Assembly: GCA_963752995.1 (NCBI GenBank)
Contig: CAVWAZ010000002.1
Span: 9,446-73,445, forward strand
Length of the DNA stretch: 64,000 nucleotides
Source: an uncultured delta proteobacterium
Lineage (GTDB): Bacteria; Desulfobacterota_D; UBA1144; Nemesobacterales; UBA2774
Reading direction: 5' to 3'
Positions 1-9,617 of the stretch are shown one piece after another. How positions within the stretch are numbered: the first letter of the stretch is position 1; each line of letters starts with the position of its first letter. Both the position numbers and the translations under genes were made by a program. The notes under the pieces are model-generated. The model worked only from the letters and a program-made list of their open reading frames with translations. It made no database searches and had not been told where the DNA came from.

Positions 1-1
1 T

Positions 2-562
2 TATACGCATTTTGCGAACAGCACGAGCGCCTCCATGCGGGTCCTATACTCAATGAAAGAACTTACCTGCAATACCGTTTTCCCTAAGGAGCTTCTGGTG
101 ATAGGCTCTATCTTTTCTATCACGATAGATTTTATTCTGTCTATGTTTATCGCTGTTCTAATAGCGATTTTTGTGGGTGTCGAACTTTCCTGGACTGTGG
201 CCATGCTGCCTTTCGTATTGGTCCTCCAAATAATGTTAGTCTCGTGGATATCTCTTCTCTTGTCCTGTCTGCATGTATATGTGAGGGATGTCGAACACAT
301 TTATCAGGTGCTTCTAAGATTGCTATTCTTTATTACACCAATATTCTATGACATTTCTTTTTTAGGCAAGGGGGCTGCGAAGTATATTGTTTTATTGAAT
401 CCGCTTACCTATTTGATAGATTTTTCGAGGAGCGTCGTAATCGAAGGCAGGCTCTTTTCGATCGAAGCGTATTTGTTATTGTTTTTGGTGAATGCGCTGA
501 TGATGTACTTCAGCTTGATGATATTCAGACAATTTGAGCCGGCGTTCGCGGAGAATGTGTAA
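2..562 (+). CDS. wzm: ABC-2 type polysaccharide export permease (Wzm/TagG-like), 5'-truncated by window edge
   Basis: Frame is open from base 2. Hydrophobic helices with 'RDVEHI..LFFITPIFY' and 'LNPLTYLIDFSR' motifs; directly followed by a Wzt ATPase. Confidence 0.88.
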   Translation, partial: YTHFANSTSASMRVLYSMKELTCNTVFPKELLVIGSIFSITIDFILSMFIAVLIAIFVGVELSWTVAMLPFVLVLQIMLVSWISLLLSCLHVYVRDVEHIYQVLLRLLFFITPIFYDISFLGKGAAKYIVLLNPLTYLIDFSRSVVIEGRLFSIEAYLLLFLVNALMMYFSLMIFRQFEPAFAENV

Positions 563-563
563 A

Positions 564-1316
564 ATGGATTTCGCTGTCCGAACCGAGAACTTGTTCAAGA
601 AATTCTGGATTGAAGGGAACCGGAAGACGATGTTTAAAGTACTCAGGGGGAACCTTCTCGGGGAGAGGCCCGGATCCGGGACCTTTTTCGCACTGAAAGA
701 TATTAATATAAAAATTCTCAGGGGGGAAAAGATCGGCATTATCGGAAATAACGGGTCCGGGAAAACGACCCTATTGAAAGTCATTGCGGGATTATACAAG
801 CCCGATAAAGGGAATGTTTATAGAAACGGGGATGTGACCCTCTTGAGCGGGTTAGGCACGGGGATGCTTGATGAGCTTAGTGTTGAGGATAATGTTTTTT
901 TATACGGAGCGATATATGGCATGCCCAAAGATAAGATTGAGGATAAATTCCAGGAAATAATTGAATGGGCCGAACTGCAGAATTTTGTCGGGGCTAGGGT
1001 GAAGACCCTGTCATCGGGTATGAGGACGAGGTTGGCTTTTTCAATAACGAGATACATCGAGGCCGATATATTTCTCATGGATGAAGCCCTGTCGGCCGGT
1101 GATAAGACTTTTAGAGAAAAATGCGAAGATTTTTTTAAAAAATCCAAGGATAACGATATAACGTTTTTGGTAGCGACTCATAGTCAGGAATTTGTTAGAA
1201 TGTTTTGCCCCAAAACCCTCTGGCTTCATATGAGCAAACAAATGGCTTTCGGCGACACGGAAACGGTTTTGCAACAATACGAAGAGCATAGAACAATGGG
1301 CGCCGGGAAGAAATGA
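564..1316 (+). CDS. wzt: Polysaccharide export ABC ATPase (Wzt/TagH-like) without C-terminal carbohydrate-binding domain
   Basis: Walker A GNNGSGKT, signature LSSGM, Walker B FLMDE, 'AGDKTFREK', H-loop ATH. ATG at 564 follows the wzm stop. Confidence 0.9.
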   Translation: MDFAVRTENLFKKFWIEGNRKTMFKVLRGNLLGERPGSGTFFALKDINIKILRGEKIGIIGNNGSGKTTLLKVIAGLYKPDKGNVYRNGDVTLLSGLGTGMLDELSVEDNVFLYGAIYGMPKDKIEDKFQEIIEWAELQNFVGARVKTLSSGMRTRLAFSITRYIEADIFLMDEALSAGDKTFREKCEDFFKKSKDNDITFLVATHSQEFVRMFCPKTLWLHMSKQMAFGDTETVLQQYEEHRTMGAGKK

Positions 1317-1428
1317 TATGTAATACTTTTTCCCCCAAGACGATAGGTGTTGTATTGTCGTCTTGAAATTTGAAGTTTAATATGTAATGTTGAGACGTGA
1401 ATTTTGCGGTTTGGCGTGAGAGGGGAAT

Positions 1429-2247
1429 ATGCAAGTTACGGAAGAGCTGAGGACATGGCGGCAAAGGTATAAGCAGTTAACAAAAGAAGAAATTACCGAT
1501 TTCATTCAGCAGGGCTACGTCTTGGTACGTGAAGCGTTTGAGCGTGGGTTCGCAGAGCGCGTCATCCCGGTGGTTTGGGAGGAGCTGGGAATAGACCCGG
1601 ACGATTCTTCCGCGTGGACCGATCCCCTGGTCACTTTGCGGAAAGTCTTTGAGAGGGAGCCGTTCCCTCAGATACTTACCCCCCGTTACCTGGGCGCCGT
1701 CGATGATTTATGCGGACCGGGGCGTTGGTGCGCGGTTAGGGGCGTCGGCTATTGGCCGATCTTGTTCCCGGGTTTTAAAGCACCCCCGTGGCTTCCGCCT
1801 GAGGACGGCTGGCACCTGGATTTCAATTTTGACGGCGTTCTCATCGATTCAGCGGAGCTGGGGTTAGTCAGCATAGAAATCTTCTCGGACATCGAGCCGG
1901 GCGGCGGAGGCACGGCAGTACGTGTCGGCTCCCATCGCTTTATGGCCCGCGTTTTTGCCGAGGCTCCCCCCGGCGGTCTGACTCTCCGTGAAATAGATCT
2001 AAGCATTAAAGCCAAAACCGGGCACCTGCCCGTGGTGGAGGCCACAGGCAGAGCGGGCGACATTATCCTGATGCACCCTTTAACCGTGCATGCTACGAGC
2101 TCGAACACCTCTGACCGCGCGCGCATAGCCGCAGTCAAGCTCGTCAGGCTGTATGAGAAGATGGATCTGAATCGGCGAGACACGGCCGACTATTCACCCG
2201 TGGAGCTTGCAATTCTTAACGCACTGGGCGAGAGCGAAAAACTGTGA
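1429..2247 (+). CDS. Phytanoyl-CoA dioxygenase (PhyH)-family Fe(II)/2-oxoglutarate dioxygenase
   Basis: 'FIQQGYVLVREAF' start, HxD (WHLD), 'GGGTAVRVGSH', 'AGDIILMHPLTVH' distal His. Confidence 0.8.
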   Translation: MQVTEELRTWRQRYKQLTKEEITDFIQQGYVLVREAFERGFAERVIPVVWEELGIDPDDSSAWTDPLVTLRKVFEREPFPQILTPRYLGAVDDLCGPGRWCAVRGVGYWPILFPGFKAPPWLPPEDGWHLDFNFDGVLIDSAELGLVSIEIFSDIEPGGGGTAVRVGSHRFMARVFAEAPPGGLTLREIDLSIKAKTGHLPVVEATGRAGDIILMHPLTVHATSSNTSDRARIAAVKLVRLYEKMDLNRRDTADYSPVELAILNALGESEKL

Positions 2248-3422
2248 TAGAGGATAACGGCCGGGACCGGTATAATCGAATGAAAAAACCTCAGTTCAGT
2301 ATCGATACGGACAAAAGAATTTTGTTGGGGTGTTATGAAATCCCCGGTTACGGCGGGGCCAGCACTGCAGGTTATAAATTATTTGAGACCATGCAGAAGG
2401 ACGGATTCGACGTCATATATCTCAATCTAATAGGCGAGCAGGATGAAGATTATTTCAGATACATGTTCGGTGAAAACCTCGGGAACCCTAAAGGGCTGCC
2501 GCATGTATATAACTGTTCCGTCAACGGTCCGGATTATACTCCTCATCAGAAATTGGTAGACCTCATCCATGATATATCACCCGATGTATTGGTAGGCGTA
2601 GGGTGGATAGCCGCGCTTTTGATGAAAAGAGCGGCTCCGGAAAAGCGTTCCATATTTCTCACATCGGGCTGTCAACGGGCGAAGGACAACATACTCAACG
2701 GAAAAATTAAGGACTTTATCACGCTCAATGAATACATTCAGCGATCGACAAACAGCTCGGGTCTGTTACATTCTATTTTTGAAAAAGAAGCCGCCAAGAT
2801 TTCCAATCTTATCATCACGCATTCGTATATGATAAGGTATTTACATCAGTACTTTTTCCCTTCCTACACTGACAAGATCTACTCCGATGTTATATGGTTT
2901 GCCGAATGGATATATAAAGACGCACTGGATTATTCGGGATTGCAAAAGCCGTTTAATGAGCGGGACATTGACGTATTATTCATTGCCAGCTCATGGAGCA
3001 GGCCGGAAAAGAACTATAAGCTCGTCAAAGAGATTGCTTCAAATTCAAAAGGCTTAAACTTACATATCGTCGGAGAAGTGGAAGAAAAGCTGGCTGGCGC
3101 TGAGCACCATGGCTTAATAACCAAGCGGGAAGCTCTGTTCTGCCTTTTAGGAAGAGCCAAGACAGTCGTCTGCCCCTCTCTTTTTGATGCTGCGCCCGGG
3201 ATTCTATTCGAAGCATCCGCTATGGGCTGTAATATTGTCGCTTCAAAAAATTGCGGCAACTGGAAAATCTGCAACGAAACCCTTCTTGTGGATCCATTCA
3301 TATCAGATAATTTCTTAGAAAAGCTGAGGCTCTCGTTACAGAAGAAGTATGAAGATAATATGGAATACTTCATGCAGACGGACTCTTATAAGAACCTGAT
3401 GGAGACCTTATCGGTATTCTAG
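2244..3422 (+). CDS. GT-B fold glycosyltransferase (family 4-like)
   Basis: 'GYGGAST' N-terminal motif, 'RPEKN', 'CPSLFDAAPGILFEASAMGCNIVAS'. Confidence 0.75.
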   Translation: MIEDNGRDRYNRMKKPQFSIDTDKRILLGCYEIPGYGGASTAGYKLFETMQKDGFDVIYLNLIGEQDEDYFRYMFGENLGNPKGLPHVYNCSVNGPDYTPHQKLVDLIHDISPDVLVGVGWIAALLMKRAAPEKRSIFLTSGCQRAKDNILNGKIKDFITLNEYIQRSTNSSGLLHSIFEKEAAKISNLIITHSYMIRYLHQYFFPSYTDKIYSDVIWFAEWIYKDALDYSGLQKPFNERDIDVLFIASSWSRPEKNYKLVKEIASNSKGLNLHIVGEVEEKLAGAEHHGLITKREALFCLLGRAKTVVCPSLFDAAPGILFEASAMGCNIVASKNCGNWKICNETLLVDPFISDNFLEKLRLSLQKKYEDNMEYFMQTDSYKNLMETLSVF

Positions 3423-3562
3423 ACTGATCGAAGTTAATCGCTTTTGCGGCTGCAGAGCCGAGGGTGCCGGGCTAGTTTGTAATATCATTAATATTAAGCT
3501 AGATTATGGCGAGAGTGGTTTTAGTGGATTATAAGATACGCGCATCCCGGAGTTGAGATGTT

Positions 3563-4336
3563 ATGAGTACAAGTGTAACGGTAAACAAAGATGGGATACT
3601 GCGCGAGTGTTTAAAGAAATCGGTAAAAGTTAACAACCTCCCTTTTTACTATCATATCCACCTGAACATGCCCTGCAATCAAAAATGTATTATGTGTAAA
3701 CCGGACGGCAGACATTCGAAAGATATACTTCCTTTTGACAAATTCGCCGCCTTCATCGAGCAAATTAAGTCTTATGCCGAACATATAACATTGTTAGGCG
3801 GAGAGCCCCTTATATACCCGTGGATCGATGAGGCCATCGATCTTTTATCCCGTCATGAGATGGAAGTCACTATCAACACAAATGCTACCATGCTCAATGA
3901 AAGGCTGTCACAGAAACTCTCGTCGCTTCATGTGTTGAACCTTAAATGCTCCATTGACGCCGTGACCCCTTCGACATACTTCAAGGTTCGCGGGACCGAC
4001 ATGTTTGAGCGAGTCAAAACGAATTTAATCCGCTTTTCTTCCCTGGTTGAAGATAAGCCGAGTATTAGACAGATTTTGGTTTATGTAGTGATGCGGGAAA
4101 ACCTGAGTGAGGTCCTTCCGTTCATAGACTTTGCTAAGAACATGCGCCCATATCGAATTGAATTCCATCCGGTGAGGCATGTCACTGAATGGCATGTTAC
4201 AAACAACACAGGCTGGGTGTTCGACGGTAAAGAGCAGTCCTGCGAGTTTTTCCGAGAGGAATATAACAGCATAATGAGGCAAGCCGCTCTAAAGTGCGAA
4301 CAGGAGGGCATTTCTTATGAAGCTTTACTCGTCTGA
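3563..4336 (+). CDS. Radical SAM protein (no fused SPASM domain)
   Basis: CxxxCxxC (CNQKCIMC), GGEP, 'NTNAT', 'SIDA...Y.KVRG'. Confidence 0.88.
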   Translation: MSTSVTVNKDGILRECLKKSVKVNNLPFYYHIHLNMPCNQKCIMCKPDGRHSKDILPFDKFAAFIEQIKSYAEHITLLGGEPLIYPWIDEAIDLLSRHEMEVTINTNATMLNERLSQKLSSLHVLNLKCSIDAVTPSTYFKVRGTDMFERVKTNLIRFSSLVEDKPSIRQILVYVVMRENLSEVLPFIDFAKNMRPYRIEFHPVRHVTEWHVTNNTGWVFDGKEQSCEFFREEYNSIMRQAALKCEQEGISYEALLV

Positions 4337-4613
4337 TAAACCTGAATTTCTCGACAAGACCAAATTCTCAAGTAAGAGAACCTACTTTTGCGATGAGCCG
4401 TGGGTCGGGATTTTCAGCGTTAGAACCAACGGCGACGTTATTTGCTGCCCGTGTTATGCGCAGGTAAAGATCGGAAATTTGAACGAGTCTTCCATGCAGG
4501 AAATTTGGAATTCGGAAAAGATGATCCAGATGAGAAAAGCTTTTAAAAAAGGTGAGTTGCCCGAACCTTGCAAAAAACAGATTTGTCCTGTGGTAGTCGG
4601 CGAAAAATTGTAA
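4317..4613 (+). CDS. Stand-alone SPASM/twitch auxiliary Fe-S domain protein
   Basis: C..PW, 'NGDVICCPC', 'IGNL.ESSMQEIWNS', C-terminal C-x4-C. Own SD AGGAGG at 4302-4307. Confidence 0.8.
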   Translation: MKLYSSDKPEFLDKTKFSSKRTYFCDEPWVGIFSVRTNGDVICCPCYAQVKIGNLNESSMQEIWNSEKMIQMRKAFKKGELPEPCKKQICPVVVGEKL

Positions 4614-4692
4614 GGAGCTCCCTTATCTCCCGCCGCTTTTTTTTCACAGTTAGGCATACTGACCCCATTTATAAGATTTTAAGACAGTTTCG

Positions 4693-5709
4693 ATGAGAGT
4701 CATAATCTCCAACTTCTCGAAGCCTATAGACAAAGCAATTGATTTTAAATCCTATTGGGCAAACCATGCCAAACCGGAGAGGGGAAAACGGCTTTCTTTA
4801 TTTGAATATAAGGCGGACTGGGGCTTCCATATCTATTCCCTTGGGGTTTACCTGATGGATATGGGCCTCGCCGATGAGGTCGAATTCTGGGATTATTCCG
4901 GGACAAGATCGTCTTCATACCACCCGTACGGAATTCTGAGGGTTATGTTCTATAATGAAATGGACATACTCGCTTACCTCGACCGGTACGGCTATCCGGA
5001 TCTGTTCATTAATCACGGGAGGTACGGCGTCCCGATCCTTAAACACCTTGAAGGCAGGTGCTTCAGGGTTCATGTCCCCGCCTTGAGGACCGGGCTCAGC
5101 CGCCAGGACAATTTCGGAGCCGACTGTTATCTGGTCGATTCCGAAGAGTACCTGGACCGTCGTTCTATGTTGTATGTGCCCGTCGTAAATACCACAAAAA
5201 TTTATCCCATCGGCTGCGAAAAGAAAAGGGATTATATCTACCTGGCCATTTCTCATCCGGACAAAAGACACGATATCCTTTTAAAAGCTGTGAGAGGGAC
5301 TGAGTTGACCGGGCACCTGCATCCCGTCGACGGGGCTAAGCTGGATCTGACAAAAGCAAACGTAACCGCGACAGGTTTAAACGAAGTCGACGTCGTAGAT
5401 TTACTTCAGACCTCGAGGATGGCAGTCTACCCTGGTGACAATACCTCCAACCCCGCCGCCATGTGGGAATGTGTCGCCGCCGGGTTGCCCATTGTTGTCA
5501 ATGAGAAGATTAAAGGAGGTAAACACCTGGTGGTGCCTGGCATTACGGGAGAAATCGCTTCGGAGAATAACTTTTATGACGTGATGAAACACGTTTTGGC
5601 AAGCCTCCCATCTTACAGACCGAGAGAATATTTTATGGAAAATTGGAATACTATTGATATGCTTGAAAAGTACCTCTCTTTTTTCAGAAAGATGGGGTGG
5701 AAACAGTAA
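4693..5709 (+). CDS. Divergent glycosyltransferase (GT4-like C-terminal domain)
   Basis: 'HPDKRHDIL' and 'NPAAMWECVAAGLPIVV' resemble GT-B nucleotide-sugar binding motifs. Confidence 0.65.
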   Translation: MRVIISNFSKPIDKAIDFKSYWANHAKPERGKRLSLFEYKADWGFHIYSLGVYLMDMGLADEVEFWDYSGTRSSSYHPYGILRVMFYNEMDILAYLDRYGYPDLFINHGRYGVPILKHLEGRCFRVHVPALRTGLSRQDNFGADCYLVDSEEYLDRRSMLYVPVVNTTKIYPIGCEKKRDYIYLAISHPDKRHDILLKAVRGTELTGHLHPVDGAKLDLTKANVTATGLNEVDVVDLLQTSRMAVYPGDNTSNPAAMWECVAAGLPIVVNEKIKGGKHLVVPGITGEIASENNFYDVMKHVLASLPSYRPREYFMENWNTIDMLEKYLSFFRKMGWKQ

Positions 5710-5710
5710 A

Positions 5711-6406
5711 ATGTTTTTGATAGGCGGACCTGCGTTCAGCGGAAAGACCCTGTTGGCCCATTTGTTGAATCAGGATGGAGTTATTTGTCTGGACGAGCCT
5801 GACTTTCACAATCCCAAACAGAGCCATAGAGGGATCCCGTTCCTGAGAGAGCTGTTCCCCGATAAAAATTTCCCGGAACGGCCTGAAAAAGCACTTGGTT
5901 ATAAAGAGGCAGTGGATTTAATCCAGGAATGTGAAGAGGTTATAAGCCCGTACAATCTGGGGGTCAAGACGGCTAACTGGGATTTCATACAATACGCAAA
6001 GATATACAATGAACGTGCCTTTCCTGTAATTGCCATAGTGAGGGATATTCGTGATGTCCTGACGGAAGGGCCGTTACCTGAGTGGGTCGGGGATGAAAAA
6101 GGGCTCAACGATAGATACAGGCTGATATGGGGGAGTTTGAAAATGTTCGATCTTTGGCTGCGCTATGAAGATTTAGTCATGAATACCGAGGGAGTGCTCA
6201 ATAAGGTATCTAAACTGCTGTCATATGATTTGAAGGTGTCATATGGATGGAATGCCGAGAGTGTTCACCATACGATGTTCAAGCTGGAGAGGCATGAGAT
6301 GCTTAAAACCGGAACGATATCAAAAAGTCAGGTTGGCATCTGGAAAACCTCCGGCAGGAAGTTTAGCAGAGAAACCCTGATGACGGCGAGTATTATGGGA
6401 TATTGA
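5711..6406 (+). CDS. Sulfotransferase-like P-loop protein
   Basis: 'FLIGGPAFSGKTLL', 'IAIVRDIRD', 'LRYEDLV', 'VGIWK' follow the sulfotransferase family pattern. Confidence 0.7.
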   Translation: MFLIGGPAFSGKTLLAHLLNQDGVICLDEPDFHNPKQSHRGIPFLRELFPDKNFPERPEKALGYKEAVDLIQECEEVISPYNLGVKTANWDFIQYAKIYNERAFPVIAIVRDIRDVLTEGPLPEWVGDEKGLNDRYRLIWGSLKMFDLWLRYEDLVMNTEGVLNKVSKLLSYDLKVSYGWNAESVHHTMFKLERHEMLKTGTISKSQVGIWKTSGRKFSRETLMTASIMGY

Positions 6407-6491
6407 GGATGTTTGAAGTAACGGAAGAAACTCATTACCTCTGCAGGGAAGCCATATGCAACCTGTGAGCTAAACATTTATAATGTAGACG

Positions 6492-7217
6492 ATGAATGAT
6501 TATCGCGGTAGCCATTTGGAACCTGACTGCGCTGCCAGGTTTGACGGGCATTACACCTCGGGCCGCGGACATTTGTATTGGGAAAATTTTGAAAAGCCGT
6601 ACTTGCAAAAACTATTTGACCGGTTGGGAAAAGAATATCCCGGACGCTACCTGGACTTCGCTTGCGGCACCGGCCGTATCTTGCAACTGGCTTCCCCTCA
6701 TTTTATTGAGTCCGTTGGAATAGACATATCTGAAGTCATGTTAGCCGAAGCCCAACGAAAGGTGCCGGGTGCCCGGTTTATTCAAACGGATGTGATGGCA
6801 GCCCCGCCGGATGTCGGTACGTTTAAGGTGATCTCTTTATTCCGGTTTATATTAAGTGCCGAGCATCACTTGCGGGAGGGTGTAGTGCGGTGGTTAAGAA
6901 GTGTGATTGCGCCCGGTGGTGTTTTGGTTGTGAACAACCATCTCAACAGATGGAGCATAATCGGCACTGTTCACCGGGCAGACAATGTCTTGCACGGACG
7001 GCGAGGGGGCCCACCTGCTGATAAAGATGTGGAAATGCTGCTCCGGCGATGTGGCTTCTCGGTTTTTGAGCGGTATGGTTTCGGCGTGATCCCGCCATGG
7101 CGTAACGGCAGATTTTTTCCTTCAACCGTGCTTCTCCGCCTGGAACGACTCTTCGTAAAGAGTAAAACGCTTCAAAATTACGCGAAAGACCGAATCTATC
7201 TGTGCCGCCCTGTATAA
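6492..7217 (+). CDS. Class I SAM-dependent methyltransferase
   Basis: Motif I 'YLDFACGTGR', 'GIDISEVML', 'IAPGGVLV'. Confidence 0.88.
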   Translation: MNDYRGSHLEPDCAARFDGHYTSGRGHLYWENFEKPYLQKLFDRLGKEYPGRYLDFACGTGRILQLASPHFIESVGIDISEVMLAEAQRKVPGARFIQTDVMAAPPDVGTFKVISLFRFILSAEHHLREGVVRWLRSVIAPGGVLVVNNHLNRWSIIGTVHRADNVLHGRRGGPPADKDVEMLLRRCGFSVFERYGFGVIPPWRNGRFFPSTVLLRLERLFVKSKTLQNYAKDRIYLCRPV

Positions 7218-7222
7218 GACTG

Positions 7223-8650
7223 ATGAAAAAACCAAACATTGGATGCTACAAATACGATATTGCTATATTCCTTCTATTTCTTATAGTCATTTTTATTGCA
7301 AAGTTTAATACCTTAAACACCCCTTATTACTGGGATGAGATGGGGTGGACAAGCGCTGCTTATTGGCTTTCCGATGTAAATCTCCTGAGATCTGTCCCCG
7401 GTTTCCACGACCCTACGACCTTTTGGGGCCATCCGCCCGCTCTGCATGTCTCACTGGCCGCCTTATTTAAATTATTCGGGGAATCGATCTGGTTATCGCA
7501 TCTGCTGATATTATGTTTTTCGTTCCTTGGAGTGTATTTCACATATTTACTTGGCGCCTTCCTGTACGGACGCAATGCGGGTTTTCTCTCCGCCCTATTC
7601 TTATTTTTTTCTGCCATCTACTTCGCTCAATCCGGCATGTTTCTGGCGGACATCCCGGTTACTGCCCTGGGTGTTATGAGCGTCTATTTCGCACTGCGAA
7701 AAAAATACATTGCCTATCTGTTATGCGCGGTATATATGATTTTGATTAAGGAGACTGCGATCGCCATTGTATTCTCGTTACTGGTTTATATGTTTTTGAC
7801 AGAAAGGCGCGTCTCGAAATGCATGCTCAAAGAAATTCTAAAATACAGCGTTCCGATGCTCGTCATTATAGTCTTTTTTATTTCACAGAAAATTACGGCC
7901 GGAAAATTCTGTTGTATTTATCCTTTCAAATTCGAGCTGTTTGAATTACAGCCGGAGTTAATATTTCGTCAATCAGTTTTAATTACCGAGTGGTTGTTCT
8001 TTTATCAATACAGGGGCATATTCACCTTCCTGATCTTCTTAAATCTCGTTATCTATAAAGCATCGAGGAGCCGGAAAGAGCTTCTGCTGTTCCTTCCAAT
8101 ATTTATTTTTTCGGGCTACTCCTTCTCCTTTCTGTATTTCCTGCCAAGATACCTTTTACCTGCTCTCCCTTATTTTTATGTGATGGGTGCATGGTCGCTT
8201 ATTGAGCTTGTGAAATCCAAGAGATTGCAAACGGCGGCGGGCGCTATAGTCATAGCCGTGCAAATTTATTCTTTATCAGGCGCTGACTCATACGGGAACT
8301 ACGAATGGAACATGAAGTATCTGGATGTCGTAAAAATGCATGAGACTATGTGCGAGTATATTGAAAAAGAATTTCCCGGCGCTCGCGTGTTGACCGTATT
8401 TCCGCATACGCAGCAACTGTCGCGTCCTGAACTCGGATATGTAAACAAACCTTTAATGATATATCAGTTTAAAGGAGATGCGGATTTTCGTAATTACGAT
8501 TACTTTGATTTGGTTCTTTTTTCGGCGCCAGCCGACTCTTACGGCGATGTGCTTAGGGATTCTGCAATAAGAAACAATCTGAATCTTGTTAAACGGCTGG
8601 AAAAAGGCAACATAATCTCTGAACTATACGCTATACAGCATCTTAACTAA
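7223..8650 (+). CDS. Multi-TM GT-C glycosyltransferase (PMT/ArnT-like, family 39/83)
   Basis: 'YYWDE' and 'GHPP' in first loop, 'IKET', 'PRYLLP', many transmembrane helices. Confidence 0.75.
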   Translation: MKKPNIGCYKYDIAIFLLFLIVIFIAKFNTLNTPYYWDEMGWTSAAYWLSDVNLLRSVPGFHDPTTFWGHPPALHVSLAALFKLFGESIWLSHLLILCFSFLGVYFTYLLGAFLYGRNAGFLSALFLFFSAIYFAQSGMFLADIPVTALGVMSVYFALRKKYIAYLLCAVYMILIKETAIAIVFSLLVYMFLTERRVSKCMLKEILKYSVPMLVIIVFFISQKITAGKFCCIYPFKFELFELQPELIFRQSVLITEWLFFYQYRGIFTFLIFLNLVIYKASRSRKELLLFLPIFIFSGYSFSFLYFLPRYLLPALPYFYVMGAWSLIELVKSKRLQTAAGAIVIAVQIYSLSGADSYGNYEWNMKYLDVVKMHETMCEYIEKEFPGARVLTVFPHTQQLSRPELGYVNKPLMIYQFKGDADFRNYDYFDLVLFSAPADSYGDVLRDSAIRNNLNLVKRLEKGNIISELYAIQHLN

Positions 8651-8702
8651 GGAGCGCTTTTTCCTTCAAATAGCGGGAGCGGCGTATTAGAAAACTGCAC
8701 TT

Positions 8703-9617
8703 ATGAAACACAGGTTTTTAAACCATTCTTATGAAATAATAGGAACCTACCTGAGGGCTGCTAGATTAGACCACTGGTTCAAGAATATTTCTGTATTGTT
8801 AGGATTAATCGCCGCGATTGCCTATACGGAGTCTTCAGCCGAGGTGTTTTTTATTTTAAAAAGCGCCCTGGCGATTTTTTTAGCATGTCTTATGTCGTCT
8901 GCTAATTACATCATCAATGAAATAGTCGATGCGCGGTTCGATAGAAAGCACCCGAATAAGAGATTCAGGTCAGTCGCATCTGAGAACGTTTCGACCAGAA
9001 TATTGATTGCTGTTGATGTCTTTATCGTTATTGTCACTTTAATAATCAGCTATGCGGCTTTTAATGAGAAATTTTTCCTGGTTATGTTTTTATTTTTTAT
9101 TATAGGGGGAGTGTCTTACAACATACCGCCGATAAGAACAAAGGATCTGCCATACGTGGATGTCATCGCCGAATCCGTGAACAATCCGCTCAGGCTGTTA
9201 ATTGGCTGGTATGTCATAGATGATGTAAGCAGTCCGCCTCTTATAGCGATATTGTGTTATTGGTCCTTGGGTGCTGCGCTGGTAACAGCGAAGAGATTGG
9301 GGGAACTTCGGTTTCTTGGCCGGAAAGCCGCTATATATCGTCCCACCTTTAAATATTATAATATTTCACTGCTGGCAATAATGTATTTCTTTTATGTATT
9401 AATGACATTGGCGGCTGTTGTATTGCTTTCTTTGGAGTATGAGCGCCATATACTTTATGTTATTCCGTTCATCTTGATTTTTTTTGTTTGGTTCACTTTT
9501 TTGACTTTTCAGCAAGACAGCAGCGTCAAAGAGCCTGAAAAACTCTTGCACAAAAAGTCTTTCGTTGCCTATTGCATTTTAGTTCTATTTCTATTCTGCG
9601 GGACCTTGTTCTTATAA
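8703..9617 (+). CDS. UbiA-family prenyltransferase, polyprenyl-phosphate phosphoribosyltransferase-like
   Basis: 'RLDHWFKN', 'YIINEIVDARFDRKHPNKRFRSVAS', 'KRLGEL' match the DPPR-synthase subgroup. Confidence 0.78.
   Translation: MKHRFLNHSYEIIGTYLRAARLDHWFKNISVLLGLIAAIAYTESSAEVFFILKSALAIFLACLMSSANYIINEIVDARFDRKHPNKRFRSVASENVSTRILIAVDVFIVIVTLIISYAAFNEKFFLVMFLFFIIGGVSYNIPPIRTKDLPYVDVIAESVNNPLRLLIGWYVIDDVSSPPLIAILCYWSLGAALVTAKRLGELRFLGRKAAIYRPTFKYYNISLLAIMYFFYVLMTLAAVVLLSLEYERHILYVIPFILIFFVWFTFLTFQQDSSVKEPEKLLHKKSFVAYCILVLFLFCGTLFL

Noticed and set aside
3563-4613. RiPP maturase system
   Set aside because: No plausible precursor peptide, RRE/PqqD domain or peptidase-transporter nearby; the context is glycan synthesis.
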